Shown here piece after piece: positions 49,231 to 59,762 of a DNA stretch of 64,000 bases. Source of the stretch: an uncultured Ignavibacteria bacterium (GTDB taxonomy: Bacteria; Bacteroidota; Ignavibacteria; Kapaibacteriales; UBA2268); assembly GCA_937127445.1 (NCBI GenBank), contig CAKZLY010000030.1:74023-138022 (forward strand), written 5' to 3'. The notes under the pieces are model-generated. The model had not been told where the DNA came from. It worked only from the letters and a program-made list of their open reading frames with translations, and ran no database searches. Made by a program: the position numbers and the translations under genes. Within the stretch, counting starts at the first letter, position 1, and every line of letters starts with the position of its first letter.

Positions 49231-50490
49231 CTACATTTCGAATGCTTTGAAACAAATTGTAGCGTTATGCCCACCAAATCCGAAAGTATTGCTCAGAGCA
49301 GCTTTGATCTGGCGTTTTTCAGACTTATTTGGAACATAATACAAGTTGCATTCGGGATCAGGGGTTTGATAATTAATAGTCGGAGGCAAAAATCCTTCAT
49401 AAATAGCCAGAGCAGTCGCAATAGCCTCGATAGCACCAGCAGCGCCGAGAAGATGTCCGGTCATAGATTTAGTAGAGCTTACTGGGATTTTGTAAGCACG
49501 TTCACCGAAAACAGTTTTAATAGCAGCTGTTTCAGTTTTATCGTTGAAAGGAGTAGATGTTCCGTGCGCATTGATATAATCAATGTCATCAGGGACAAGA
49601 CCAGCATCTTCGATTGCAAGTTTCATAGAGCGAACAGCACCTTCGCCGCCGGCGACTGGCTGAGTGATGTGATAAGCATCGTCAGTAAGACCAAAACCCG
49701 CCACTTCGGCATAAATACGAGCACCACGGTTCATAGCGTGCTCTAATGTTTCGAGGACAAGCACTCCTGCACCTTCACCGATAACAAAGCCATCACGGTC
49801 GCGGTCGAACGGACGGCTAGCAGTTTCTGGCGAATCGTTGCGAGTCGATAAAGCTTTAAGAGCATTAAACCCACCAACTCCCATTGGACAAACCACTGCT
49901 TCACTTCCGCCGGTAATCATCACATCAGCATCACCACGTTGCAATAGCATTAAAGCATCAGCAATAGAGTGCGAAGATGTAGCACAGGCGGATACAGTGC
50001 CATAATTTGGGCCTTTAAGTCCCCAACGAATGGCAATATGTCCAGCAGCAATATCAGAAATAAGCATTGGCACAAAGAAAGGAGAAATTCTATCAGGATT
50101 TCCACCACGCTTATAAAGCTCTTCTTGCTGGTAATGGTATGTCCACATTCCACCAATACCAGAGCCCAGAACAACGCCGGCACGCTCACGATCAATTTTT
50201 TCAACGTCTAAATTGGCGTCTTCGATAGCCATAGCGGCGGCAGCAATAGCGAAATGGGTGAACATATCCATTCGCTGAACTTCTTTTCGATTAATAAACT
50301 GAAGCGGGTCAAAGTTTTTTACTTCGCAAGCAAATTTAGTATCGAAATCAGATGCATCAAAACGTGTAATTGGAGCAGCACCGCTACGTCCCTCGAGCAA
50401 ACCTTGCTTGTATTCAGCAAGGTTATTGCCAATAGGAGTAACAGCACCCATTCCAGTAATAACAACACGTGGGAAATTATATTTCGGCAT
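49231..50490 (-). CDS. fabF: 3-oxoacyl-ACP synthase II
   Basis: [38 protein letters not shown]. Confidence 0.97.
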   Translation of the reverse strand: MPKYNFPRVVITGMGAVTPIGNNLAEYKQGLLEGRSGAAPITRFDASDFDTKFACEVKNFDPLQFINRKEVQRMDMFTHFAIAAAAMAIEDANLDVEKIDRERAGVVLGSGIGGMWTYHYQQEELYKRGGNPDRISPFFVPMLISDIAAGHIAIRWGLKGPNYGTVSACATSSHSIADALMLLQRGDADVMITGGSEAVVCPMGVGGFNALKALSTRNDSPETASRPFDRDRDGFVIGEGAGVLVLETLEHAMNRGARIYAEVAGFGLTDDAYHITQPVAGGEGAVRSMKLAIEDAGLVPDDIDYINAHGTSTPFNDKTETAAIKTVFGERAYKIPVSSTKSMTGHLLGAAGAIEAIATALAIYEGFLPPTINYQTPDPECNLYYVPNKSEKRQIKAALSNTFGFGGHNATICFKAFEM

Positions 50491-50527
50491 AACTCTCCGC
50501 CGTATGTTTTAATTTAACAATACAAAA

Positions 50528-50761
50528 TTATTTTTTTGAAGAAAGGAAATTGAGAACATCACCCACAGTTTGGATTTTCTCAGCTTCGCTATCTTCGATT
50601 TGAACGTTGAATTCTTTTTCGAATTCCATAATGAGTTCGACAGTATCTAATGAATCAGCACCCAAATCTTTTGTAAATGAAGCTTCGTCAGTAATTTGAG
50701 CTTCTTCGACACCAAGTTTTTTTACAATAATTTCTTTTACTTTTGCTCTTAATTCGTCCAT
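50528..50761 (-). CDS. acpP: Acyl carrier protein
   Basis: [14 protein letters not shown]. Confidence 0.97.
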   Translation of the reverse strand: MDELRAKVKEIIVKKLGVEEAQITDEASFTKDLGADSLDTVELIMEFEKEFNVQIEDSEAEKIQTVGDVLNFLSSKK

Positions 50762-50814
50762 TTTGAACTCCTAAAAAAAAGTTAAACAAAATAAAAAATA
50801 TAGAAAAAGGAAAA

Positions 50815-51561
50815 TTAGTCCATCAACAAACCGCCATTTACGTGAAGTATCTGACCAGTAATATAGTTTGCGTCATCGCTTGCGAGGAAGGCAACAGCAG
50901 AAGCAATATCTTCTGGTTCTGCAACACGTTTTAGCGGAATATTAACTAAGAAAGCATTTTTTTGTTCATCTGTTAATTTATCGGTCATTGGAGTGCGAAC
51001 ATAACCCGGAGCAACAAGATTAACAAGTATATTGCGAGATGCAAGTTCGCGAGCAATAGATTTAGTGAAGCCAATCATACCGGCTTTGGAAGCAGAATAA
51101 TTTGCTTGTCCAGCGTTACCCATTGTTCCGACAACCGAACCTATATTAATAATTTTTCCGTAGCGTTGACTCATCATAGGACGCGAAACAACTTTTGTGC
51201 AAATGAAAGCACCTTTTAAGTTGGTATTCAAAACAGCGTCCCATTCTTCTTCGCTCATACGCATAAGAAGATTATCGCGAGTGATACCAGCATTATTGAC
51301 AAGTATATCAATTCGCGACGATTTAGCAAGGATATCATCAACGATTTTTTGAACAGAATCGAAAGAAGTAACATCGGCTTGCATAGGAACAATTCTATCG
51401 CGAATTGTTGCATCTTCGATAAATACTTCATTTTCATCAGGGGTGCGGTAGTCAAGTGCATAAACAAAAGCACCTTCGCGAGCAAATCTTTCGGCAATAG
51501 CCTTCCCTATTCCCCGACAGCCGCCTGTTACAACAACAATTTTATTTTCAAATCTGTGCAT
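50815..51561 (-). CDS. fabG: 3-oxoacyl-ACP reductase
   Basis: TGGCRGIG, NNAGITRD, YSASK; fab operon context. Confidence 0.96.
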   Translation of the reverse strand: MHRFENKIVVVTGGCRGIGKAIAERFAREGAFVYALDYRTPDENEVFIEDATIRDRIVPMQADVTSFDSVQKIVDDILAKSSRIDILVNNAGITRDNLLMRMSEEEWDAVLNTNLKGAFICTKVVSRPMMSQRYGKIINIGSVVGTMGNAGQANYSASKAGMIGFTKSIARELASRNILVNLVAPGYVRTPMTDKLTDEQKNAFLVNIPLKRVAEPEDIASAVAFLASDDANYITGQILHVNGGLLMD

Positions 51562-51600
51562 AAATTACCATAAATTAAAAAGTTAAATATACTAAAAATT

Positions 51601-52518
51601 TTACTTTTGCAAATCATCAAATTTATCGAAACCGGAAATCTCAACATTTTCTAAAGTTCTTTTGACAAGCCCTTGAAGTACCTGACCGGGACCGAGTTCG
51701 ACGAAGCGAGTAATACCATCGTTAAACATCTGACGAAGAGACTGAGTCCAAAGGACAGGAGCAGTAAGCTGAGCTATCAAGGCGTTTTTGATTTGATCAG
51801 CGTTTGTCAGTGGCTTGGCATACACATTAGAATAAACAGGAGCTTTTGCATTTTTGAACTCAATTGTATTGATAGCTTTTTCGAGTTCAAGTTGAGCAGG
51901 TTTCATAAGAGGAGAATGGAAAGCACCACTTACGACTAATTCTTTTACTAATTTAGCACCTGCTTCTTTGAAAGCATTTACATTGTTACGCAAGAAATCA
52001 CGTGAACCGGATACAACAACTTGACCGGGAGAATTAAAGTTTGCAGCAACGACCACAGCAGATTCGTCATTTTGATTTAGTTTATTACATACTTCAATAA
52101 CTTTATCATCATCAAGATTGAGAACGGCAAACATAGTGCCGGGTAATTCTTCGCCGGCTGAATACATAAGCTGACCGCGAAGCGATACCAGACGAAGGGC
52201 GTCTTCGAATTCGATTACACCAGCTATATATAAAGCCGCATATTCACCTACTGAATGGCCTGCGACGGCATCAAATTCAAGTTTATCTTTCAGCAATTCA
52301 TATAGAACGACTGAATGCAGAAAAATGGCGGGCTGCGTGAAGCGTGTTTGCTTCAAAACATCCATCGGACCATTGAAGCAAATTTCAGAAAGAGAAAAAT
52401 CAAGAATTTCATCAGCTTTTTGAATAATCTTTTTAGCTATGTTCGAATTATCAAATAAGTCTTTCATCATCCCAACATATTGAGATCCTTGGCCAGAGCA
52501 AAGTAATGCAGTTTTCAT
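51601..52518 (-). CDS. fabD: Malonyl-CoA-ACP transacylase
   Basis: GQGSQ, TQPAI, GHSVGE, SGAFHS; GGAGGTG RBS before ATG 52518. Confidence 0.96.
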   Translation of the reverse strand: MKTALLCSGQGSQYVGMMKDLFDNSNIAKKIIQKADEILDFSLSEICFNGPMDVLKQTRFTQPAIFLHSVVLYELLKDKLEFDAVAGHSVGEYAALYIAGVIEFEDALRLVSLRGQLMYSAGEELPGTMFAVLNLDDDKVIEVCNKLNQNDESAVVVAANFNSPGQVVVSGSRDFLRNNVNAFKEAGAKLVKELVVSGAFHSPLMKPAQLELEKAINTIEFKNAKAPVYSNVYAKPLTNADQIKNALIAQLTAPVLWTQSLRQMFNDGITRFVELGPGQVLQGLVKRTLENVEISGFDKFDDLQK

Positions 52519-52528
52519 ATCACCTCCA

Positions 52529-53518
52529 TTAATCATTCATATTCCATTTTAAGTAAACTGCACCCCAAGTAAATCCAGCCCCAAAGCTTGCCAAAATAAC
52601 GTTATGCCCTTTTTTCAACAAGCCTTTTTCGAGCCATTCGGATAAACAAATTGGAATTGTTGCAGCAGTAGTATTGCCATATTTATCAATATTAATCATA
52701 ACCTGTTCACGAGATATTCCCATACGTTCAGCAGTAGCAGTAATAATACGATGATTAGCTTGGTGAGGAACAAGCCAGTTAACATCTTCACTTTTCATAT
52801 TGTTACGTTTCATAATTTCAACAGTAACTTCTGCCATACCAACGACAGCGTATTTGAAAACATTTTTGCCATCTTGATAAATGTAATGCTCACCGTTAGC
52901 AACTGTTTCGGCAGAAGCAGGTTTGAAACTACCACCAGCAACCATATGTAGGAATTGGCCACCAGAACCATCAAGGCGCAGGATATGGTCGAGCATACCC
53001 ATCGAGCTATCATTAGATTTTTCAATCAGGCAAACACCAGCACCGTCGCCGAAAAGTATAGCTTGATTGCGGTCTTGGAAGTTAACAATAGAGCTCATTT
53101 TATCCGCACCACAAAGAAGAACATTGCGGCATACGCCACTTTCGACCAAACCGGCAGCAGTAGTAAGAGCGAAGACAAATCCAGAACAAGCAGCGGAAAG
53201 GTCAAAACCCCAGGCATTTTTCAGTCCCAACTTGTTTTGGACCACAGCAGCAGTAGATGGGAAGAAATGGTCTGGTGTGACAGTAGCCACAATAATACAG
53301 TCTATCTCATCTTTGGAAATGCCACGTTTTGCAATACATTGTTCGGCAGCAGGAACGATAAGGTCGCTTGTAGCACCGGATTTAGCGAAGCGTCTTTGAT
53401 GGATGCCGGTACGTTCGAGTATCCATTCGTTGCTTGTATCGAGATAGCTCTCAAAATAAGAGTTATCATAAACATCTGGCGGCAGGTAATGAGCTATGGA
53501 AGTAATAGTTGCAGTCAT
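52529..53518 (-). CDS. fabH: 3-oxoacyl-ACP synthase III
   Basis: AACSGF, FGDGAG, PHQAN, YGNT. Confidence 0.96.
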   Translation of the reverse strand: MTATITSIAHYLPPDVYDNSYFESYLDTSNEWILERTGIHQRRFAKSGATSDLIVPAAEQCIAKRGISKDEIDCIIVATVTPDHFFPSTAAVVQNKLGLKNAWGFDLSAACSGFVFALTTAAGLVESGVCRNVLLCGADKMSSIVNFQDRNQAILFGDGAGVCLIEKSNDSSMGMLDHILRLDGSGGQFLHMVAGGSFKPASAETVANGEHYIYQDGKNVFKYAVVGMAEVTVEIMKRNNMKSEDVNWLVPHQANHRIITATAERMGISREQVMINIDKYGNTTAATIPICLSEWLEKGLLKKGHNVILASFGAGFTWGAVYLKWNMND

Positions 53519-53544
53519 ATAAAAATCTCAAATTAGTCAAAATA

Positions 53545-54573
53545 TTATGTCAATTGCAAAGCATTTTCAATTTTACTATTAATATTATTCAACGAAAATT
53601 CAATTGAACGAATAATCATATTCTTTATTGCTTTGGGCGAGGACTTGCCGTGACCGATAATGACAACTCCATTAACACCCAATAGAGGCACTCCACCATA
53701 TTCCTGATAGTCAAATTCAGAAAGAATATTTTTTAAGGTTGGCACCATCATACCAACTTTCAATTTATTGAGAAAGCTCCTTGAAGAATAATTTTTGATC
53801 TTTGACTTCAGAATATTGATAAAACTTTCGGCTAATTTCAGCACAATGTTGCCAGTAAAGCCATCGCAAACAACAACGTCGGCAGCCCCCGTAAGGATAT
53901 CACGTCCTTCTATGTTCCCGATAAAGTTAAGAGAGCTGTTAGAAAGCATCTGATAAGTTTCGCGAATAGCGTCAGTACCTTTAGTTTCCTCTTCGCCAAT
54001 GTTGAGCAGCGCAACAGAGGGGCGCTCTATACCGAGCGAATGTTGAAGGAAAGTGCTACCCATAACAGCAAATTCGAAAAGAAAGCGTGGACGAAGGTCG
54101 ATTGTTGCTCCGACATCTAAAACAAAAGTAGGTCGGCCGGAAACAGTTGGCATCATTGCACCGATAGTAGGGCGGGAAACGCCTTTAACCCGTCCCAAAA
54201 GCATAGTGGAGATGGACAACATAGCACCGGTATTGCCCGCGGAAACGAATGCATCAGCTTTACCTTCCGAGTGCAGTTTGGCAGCAACAAACAACGAAGA
54301 ACCCTGTTTATTTCTCAGAGCTAAAACAGGGTCGTCGTGCATAGTAATTACATCATCGGTATGGATAATGGAATAAGCACTTTCAGGCAATTGCGTTTGG
54401 GCGATAGCCTCATTGATTTTATTCTGGTTACCTACGAAAACAATTTCAAGGTCGATTGAATTAGCAACTTCTTTGTAAGCCAAAAATGCACCTTGAACTT
54501 CATTCACAGGTGCAAAATCACCACCCATAGAGTCGAGTGCTATTCGAATTTTGTTTTTACTGTTTCCAGTCAT
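53545..54573 (-). CDS. plsX: Phosphate acyltransferase
   Basis: ALDSMGGD, SAGNTGA, NIGEEETKG, DGFTGN, GHG. Confidence 0.96.
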   Translation of the reverse strand: MTGNSKNKIRIALDSMGGDFAPVNEVQGAFLAYKEVANSIDLEIVFVGNQNKINEAIAQTQLPESAYSIIHTDDVITMHDDPVLALRNKQGSSLFVAAKLHSEGKADAFVSAGNTGAMLSISTMLLGRVKGVSRPTIGAMMPTVSGRPTFVLDVGATIDLRPRFLFEFAVMGSTFLQHSLGIERPSVALLNIGEEETKGTDAIRETYQMLSNSSLNFIGNIEGRDILTGAADVVVCDGFTGNIVLKLAESFINILKSKIKNYSSRSFLNKLKVGMMVPTLKNILSEFDYQEYGGVPLLGVNGVVIIGHGKSSPKAIKNMIIRSIEFSLNNINSKIENALQLT

Positions 54574-54599
54574 ATTAAAAGATACAGCACCACAAGCAA

Positions 54600-54767
54600 T
54601 TAAACAATTTTACGGCCGTTGTAGTAACCACATTCAGGGCAAGCTGCATGAGAGAGCTTCATAGCGCCGCAATTTGGGCAAGCAACAGTTTGTGCTGCAA
54701 CTGCTTTGTAGTGAGTTCTTCTTTTATCTCTTCTTGTTTTCGAAAATTTACGGTTTGGATTTGGCAT
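54600..54767 (-). CDS. rpmF: 50S ribosomal protein L32 (zinc-binding type), absent from the ORF track
   Basis: Manual translation MPNPNRKFSKTRRDKRRTHYKAVAAQTVACPNCGAMKLSHAACPECGYYNGRKIV*, in the canonical yceD-rpmF-plsX position. Confidence 0.96.
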   Translation of the reverse strand: MPNPNRKFSKTRRDKRRTHYKAVAAQTVACPNCGAMKLSHAACPECGYYNGRKIV

Positions 54768-54791
54768 AATAAAATTCCTTAAAGAATATAC

Positions 54792-54826
54792 TAATTTAAT
54801 TTAATTTAATTTAATTTAATTTAATT
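54792..54826. repeat. Pentanucleotide tandem repeat (TAATT)x7
   Basis: Seven perfect copies spanning the yceD stop and the yceD-rpmF spacer. Confidence 0.9.
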
Positions 54827-55338
54827 TTTTTCAAGGCACTCCAACGTTCATCGATTTGCACCTCTTCATCAGGAGCCGTTTCATTTATTTCTGCAGAGAA
54901 TTCTGGATGCAAATCAGCAAAAGTCTTATCCCGATATTGAGGAGCAATTCGTTTCATCGGGATTGAAACTGTCAATTGCTCACGAACATCGTCGGAAATA
55001 TCGAAGAACTCGTCGTCTTCGTGAACAGCACGTTCAATGTCTGGGTCGTCGTAATTTTCTCTGTTCAGCAAAAACAGTTCAGTGTCGGCAATAAAAGAAA
55101 CATTTATTTCCGACGATATAATATCGGTATATTCTTCGAGCGACAAATCGCAAATGAGTTTAATTTGGCATTCAGCAAAGCCAGTAATAGTGAAGCGTTT
55201 GCCGATTTTTCGAAGCTTACCGACAAAGGACACATTTCCAAAGAACTCAGGCAGCATTCCAGCGACTTCGCTTACAGGAACAATCTCGTTAACTTCGTGT
55301 ATGCCATCTTTTATTCCATGTATCCTAATTTTTATCAT
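54811..55338 (-). CDS. yceD: YceD/DUF177 family protein
   Basis: CDLSLEEY, IPMK, DERWSALKK; directly upstream of rpmF. Confidence 0.9.
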   Translation of the reverse strand: MIKIRIHGIKDGIHEVNEIVPVSEVAGMLPEFFGNVSFVGKLRKIGKRFTITGFAECQIKLICDLSLEEYTDIISSEINVSFIADTELFLLNRENYDDPDIERAVHEDDEFFDISDDVREQLTVSIPMKRIAPQYRDKTFADLHPEFSAEINETAPDEEVQIDERWSALKKIKLN

Positions 55339-55399
55339 TTCCTACTGCCCGTACAAAAATAACTTACAAAAATAAAGATAAAATTATAATTTTCCAAAA

Positions 55400-56095
55400 T
55401 TAAAAAGGATACAAGAAAACAGGGGCAATTGGAAGTCTATGATTTATAAAGAGTAACAATTCGCCTTCGAGCACTTCAAGAGTTAAATGTTCTCCGACAG
55501 CAACATTTCTGGCGCCTTCACGTTTGCCGAGTTCGAGAATTTCGCCGTGGAGTTCCCATTCTAAATTATGTGTTCGGAGTTGCACCATAGGTTGAGGAAT
55601 AAGCGAGATAATTTCGCCAACATTAACGAAGAGTTCAACTGATTCGTAAATTGGGATTCCGTAGCGATTATTATCAAATATGCACAAATTAAGGCGTTTG
55701 CAATATTTTTTGAGCACACTCCAATTGTTTAAAGTGTGTTCGAGCTCACCACCGTGAAAACCAAAAATCAGCAAATCATTATAATTATTATGAATACAAT
55801 ATTGTAGAATTTTTTCGAAATCGTTTGTTTCTTGGTCTGGAATTATCAAGAGTTTTTCCTGTGGTATTTGCTGTTGATTACTCATGAAGAAAGAATCCAT
55901 ATCGCCTATTACTTTTGTAGGGTCTAAACCAAGAGCCAAAATATTATTTGCAGCCCCATCAGCAACAAGCAACGGAAGAGAAGCAACCATATCAAAAACA
56001 AATTTATCAGGTAGGTTAGCATTCAGGCACACAACAGCAGAAAAGCGGTTCCCAGCAGGAAAATTAATCGTTTTCATTTTCATTTCCGTTTTCAT
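55400..56095 (-). CDS. thiN: Thiamine diphosphokinase
   Basis: VADGAAN, IGDMDS, DQETNDFEK, GG..EHTLNN, ISLIP, LEWEL. Start could be 56095, 56083 or 56077. Confidence 0.85.
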   Translation of the reverse strand: MKTEMKMKTINFPAGNRFSAVVCLNANLPDKFVFDMVASLPLLVADGAANNILALGLDPTKVIGDMDSFFMSNQQQIPQEKLLIIPDQETNDFEKILQYCIHNNYNDLLIFGFHGGELEHTLNNWSVLKKYCKRLNLCIFDNNRYGIPIYESVELFVNVGEIISLIPQPMVQLRTHNLEWELHGEILELGKREGARNVAVGEHLTLEVLEGELLLFINHRLPIAPVFLYPF

Positions 56096-59000
56096 TGTTG
56101 TAAATTTCGTGTTTATTTTTTCGGCATAAATTTGTGTAACCACAATATTCACAGATTTTATTGTTTTTTATATTTTTTTCGCCAAATAGCCCCTGCGATA
56201 TTTTCTTGACAATTTGTTCTACCTGCTCAATAGTAGAATCAATTATTTGGGATATACGGTCTTCATCATTTTGATGACTATCTTTTTCAAGGAAATTGTA
56301 ATCTGGAGCAATAATTGGGAAATAAGTTGTTTTTCTTAATATTGGAAATTGGTCGTTGATTTCAGTTTTCTTATTATTTTTATCGGGTTTAAAGCAGAAA
56401 TAGGCACCGCCAATGGGTTCAATTGAAGCAACACCAGAAATTGAGGGCAAAATTTGTTCAGCAGCCTTGATATAAACAGGGATTTGAAAATTTTCGCCCA
56501 AATCATTTTCGCTTTTCTTAATTGTATCGGGAGAAGATTTTTTATAATCAACGATTAAGAAACAACTTTTGTTTTCGTGCAGGTCAATTCTGTCAATTTT
56601 CCCACGTATTTTAATGCCATTTATTGAGACGGGAGCTGCGTTTTGTTTTGGATAACCGAAAGCGAGTTCAAAGAATGCAGGATATAGATTATTTGAATGT
56701 TCGTGATATTGCAATTCGCGATCGAGCCATAAATTGAGTAAGCCTCTATTGCAAGTATTTGAGTTAGATTTAGATGATTTGTTGAAATCACCAATTAGCA
56801 ATTTAGTAAGGATATGATATTCATAGTCGAAGTATTTGAAAAATTCGAGTTCTTGCCTTGCAAAATTAACAAGTAAGTTCCAGTATATATCTTTTTGATT
56901 TTTGTCTAATTTGACTAACCCACTTGAATTTGGAGTTTCGTTTTTTATGGAAGTCATAAATTTATAAACAATCCTATGAAGGAGGTTGCCAATTTCAATA
57001 TTTGGGATTTCTTCAGTTTCCAAAACTCGTTCGCGGATTCCCAGCACATACCGTAAAAAGTATTGATATGGACACTTTTGGTATGTTTCAAATTCGGAAA
57101 CGGAATAGGTTTTGTTTTTATATTCACCTAAAAAGTTAAATAAATTTTGCTGCAAATTATTCCCGAATACCGAAGTTTCATCATCTACTGAGTAAACATA
57201 TTTGTTAATTCTTTCATTTTCTTTTTGCAAAGAATCTACATTAATTAAATCAATCACGTCAGATTGCGATAATTCGTTTGCTGCAAATTTGCGGATAAGT
57301 TCGCCAATATTGGAAATATAATTGATGAAAGGAATATCGTTTATCTGCCGGCTAATTATTTCGTCTTTGGAGTTGGTTGCGAGTGCCTTTCTGATAGTAG
57401 ATAATTTATAGAATTTGTTTACCTGGCTAAGAGAGGTAACATTGAACAAAGCGGAAATAAAAGTCGACATTATTTGTTCTTCTTTATCAAGAAATTCTGG
57501 GAAAGTGATAAAGATTTTGAAATTTCCTTGGTCAAATAGTTCAAGATTGTTTGTCAATGTTTTATAAAACAAGATTCGTTCTGATTCGAGGTGACGAAGT
57601 TCGCTTTTAGGAAGAATTTTTCCCAATGTGTTCTCGGAACGATAAGCAAGGGGGAAATTACCATCAATTGCACCACAAAGAATAACAACTTTGAAAGGAA
57701 TACCAATGATTTGCTCAATAGAAGTAATTTTAACACCGCGGTCCGCACTTTCTTTGATATTATATTTTGTATTTAGGGCTGCAATTTTAATTTTATCGAC
57801 AAATTCACTTAATTTTATTTTTTGCTGTGGATAGAGAATTGACTGAATTTTTGAATATTCATCTACAAGTTTAATGAAGGAATTAACGGCAGCAACATCT
57901 TTTTCGATTTCATCACGAAGGAAGAGATAGTTTAGAGTAGAGATTTTCGATTTATTTTGATTAAGTTCTGATAATTTATTTATAATTTGTTCCTGAATAT
58001 TTAATTTATTAATTATTTGCTTTTTGATAACAGACAATATTTCATCAGAAAGGTATTCTCGGTTTTCGAAAGAGACAAGTTCGACAAGTTTGCGAAAATC
58101 ATTCAAAGCTTTTTCGTATTTTTCTTTTTTCAGTTTTAGAAAATATAAATCTGTATTATCACTCTCATTGGCTGAAAGAGAATTATCGAAATATTTGATG
58201 TTGAAGGAAAGAATTTCGCGCCAGAATTCTGCACCGTTGGATTTTGTACCACCCAGAAACGGGATTTCCGTTATTACTTCGAGTAAATTTTCAACATCGA
58301 TAAATGAATTTGCCCAGGTTTTAAAATAGAAGCTTTGTAATACTTTTTTCAGGTCAGACTTTCGATAATTATTGATAACTAAATCGAATATATTAAGAAA
58401 AGTAATCACAAGTTGTGAAGCAGATAAATCAAATCTATCAGTAATAAAACTTTCAATATTGTTTGCTGCAAATATTTCACGGAAAAGGGAGGAATAAAGT
58501 TCGGGCATACGAGAAACAATAGCAATATCTGTTGGGTTATAGCCTTGCTCGATAAGATAGCGAACTATTTTTGCAATTGTATTGACTTCATCGACTTGAT
58601 TTTCGCAAGCAATAACTTTAATAGTATCATTAAGTTGATTATAGAAAATTTCGCGATATTCTTCATTGTTGAATAGACGCCGACGAAGATATTGCGAAGG
58701 CGGAAGATTAATTTCATCCTCAATATTCATCTTTTCATTAACATCGACATACGAAATTGAAGAATAAGAGTTTGCTTGAATATCTGCGATTGTTTCGGTT
58801 AAATTGCCGAAGAGAGGGCCATTGATAGGCGAGAAATCAACATTAATAGCAACGGGAATGCTGCTTTGGCTTAATAATTTAAGAAAGGTAGCTTGCGGTT
58901 GCTTAAATTCAATAAATTTATCGAATAGGATTACAGTTTCAGGGTCGAATAATTGGTCAAGTGGGAAATCTGTACTGGTATTTTGCAGGCAATACTTATT

Positions 59001-59627
59001 CAAATCAATTAAGTATTGAGGAGCATCTAAAAACTTATCGGAAAGCAGTTCCTGATATTTTTGGTAGATTACAGCGAAATCGTGAAGTTTTTTGGGGTCG
59101 CTTACGCCACCGATATTGTAATCTATGTAATCTTGTGGAGAATAATTTTCGACATCTCTGAAAAGGTCGTCGGGGAAAATTCCGTCTTCTTTAAGACCAT
59201 TGATTATTTGAGCAATTTTAGTAACCAGCCCGAAACTTACTTTTTTATTTTTGGGATTATGCCGAAAAAATTTAAGTTTGCTATTGTTTATGGCTTCTTC
59301 GATAAGTGCATAAATAAAGGGTTCAGAAATCTGAGTTTTTTTGTTTTGAAAAATTTTTTTGTGGCAGTTCATCACCAAAGATTCGAAAGTATGAAGCGAA
59401 GGTGGTTCGCAAGGCTGTTTGTGGCGTTCGAAGTATTTTCTGATGAAATGATTTTTATAATAAAGCACCATTCTTCGTGTAGGAAGAACAAGTAACATAG
59501 ATTTGGGCTTTTTCTTTTCAATAAAGAAATTCATAATTGAATGGACATCGAAGCAAGCAAAATCAATTTCGTTTGATGAATTTGAAAATTTCGAGAAATA
59601 CGCATTATTATATAAAAGTGTAGGCAT
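56064..59627 (-). CDS. AddB/RexB-like PD-(D/E)XK nuclease with inactive helicase-like region and Fe-S cluster cysteines
   Basis: LPTRR, EVNTIAK, IAIVSR; SVSEFETYQKCPYQYF, GNLLH, RGKIDRID, IVDYK, QIPVY, CEYCGYTNLC. Confidence 0.85.
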   Translation of the reverse strand: MPTLLYNNAYFSKFSNSSNEIDFACFDVHSIMNFFIEKKKPKSMLLVLPTRRMVLYYKNHFIRKYFERHKQPCEPPSLHTFESLVMNCHKKIFQNKKTQISEPFIYALIEEAINNSKLKFFRHNPKNKKVSFGLVTKIAQIINGLKEDGIFPDDLFRDVENYSPQDYIDYNIGGVSDPKKLHDFAVIYQKYQELLSDKFLDAPQYLIDLNKYCLQNTSTDFPLDQLFDPETVILFDKFIEFKQPQATFLKLLSQSSIPVAINVDFSPINGPLFGNLTETIADIQANSYSSISYVDVNEKMNIEDEINLPPSQYLRRRLFNNEEYREIFYNQLNDTIKVIACENQVDEVNTIAKIVRYLIEQGYNPTDIAIVSRMPELYSSLFREIFAANNIESFITDRFDLSASQLVITFLNIFDLVINNYRKSDLKKVLQSFYFKTWANSFIDVENLLEVITEIPFLGGTKSNGAEFWREILSFNIKYFDNSLSANESDNTDLYFLKLKKEKYEKALNDFRKLVELVSFENREYLSDEILSVIKKQIINKLNIQEQIINKLSELNQNKSKISTLNYLFLRDEIEKDVAAVNSFIKLVDEYSKIQSILYPQQKIKLSEFVDKIKIAALNTKYNIKESADRGVKITSIEQIIGIPFKVVILCGAIDGNFPLAYRSENTLGKILPKSELRHLESERILFYKTLTNNLELFDQGNFKIFITFPEFLDKEEQIMSTFISALFNVTSLSQVNKFYKLSTIRKALATNSKDEIISRQINDIPFINYISNIGELIRKFAANELSQSDVIDLINVDSLQKENERINKYVYSVDDETSVFGNNLQQNLFNFLGEYKNKTYSVSEFETYQKCPYQYFLRYVLGIRERVLETEEIPNIEIGNLLHRIVYKFMTSIKNETPNSSGLVKLDKNQKDIYWNLLVNFARQELEFFKYFDYEYHILTKLLIGDFNKSSKSNSNTCNRGLLNLWLDRELQYHEHSNNLYPAFFELAFGYPKQNAAPVSINGIKIRGKIDRIDLHENKSCFLIVDYKKSSPDTIKKSENDLGENFQIPVYIKAAEQILPSISGVASIEPIGGAYFCFKPDKNNKKTEINDQFPILRKTTYFPIIAPDYNFLEKDSHQNDEDRISQIIDSTIEQVEQIVKKISQGLFGEKNIKNNKICEYCGYTNLCRKNKHEIYNNENGNENEND

Positions 59628-59762
59628 ACTATTTAAAAGTAAAAATCTAAAAAATGAATTAACAAAAATAAAACTTTTAATCAAATAAAATGATATTTTT
59701 GCAATATAAATTTGAGCTAATTGTCAATTACTTATTTAAATCATCAAAAAGAAAGGAGTTAG

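Noticed and set aside
52955..53536. 193-aa plus-strand ORF, and similar antisense ORFs over fabF, plsX, uvrB and accA
   Set aside because: Lie wholly opposite conserved housekeeping genes and show no recognisable motifs.
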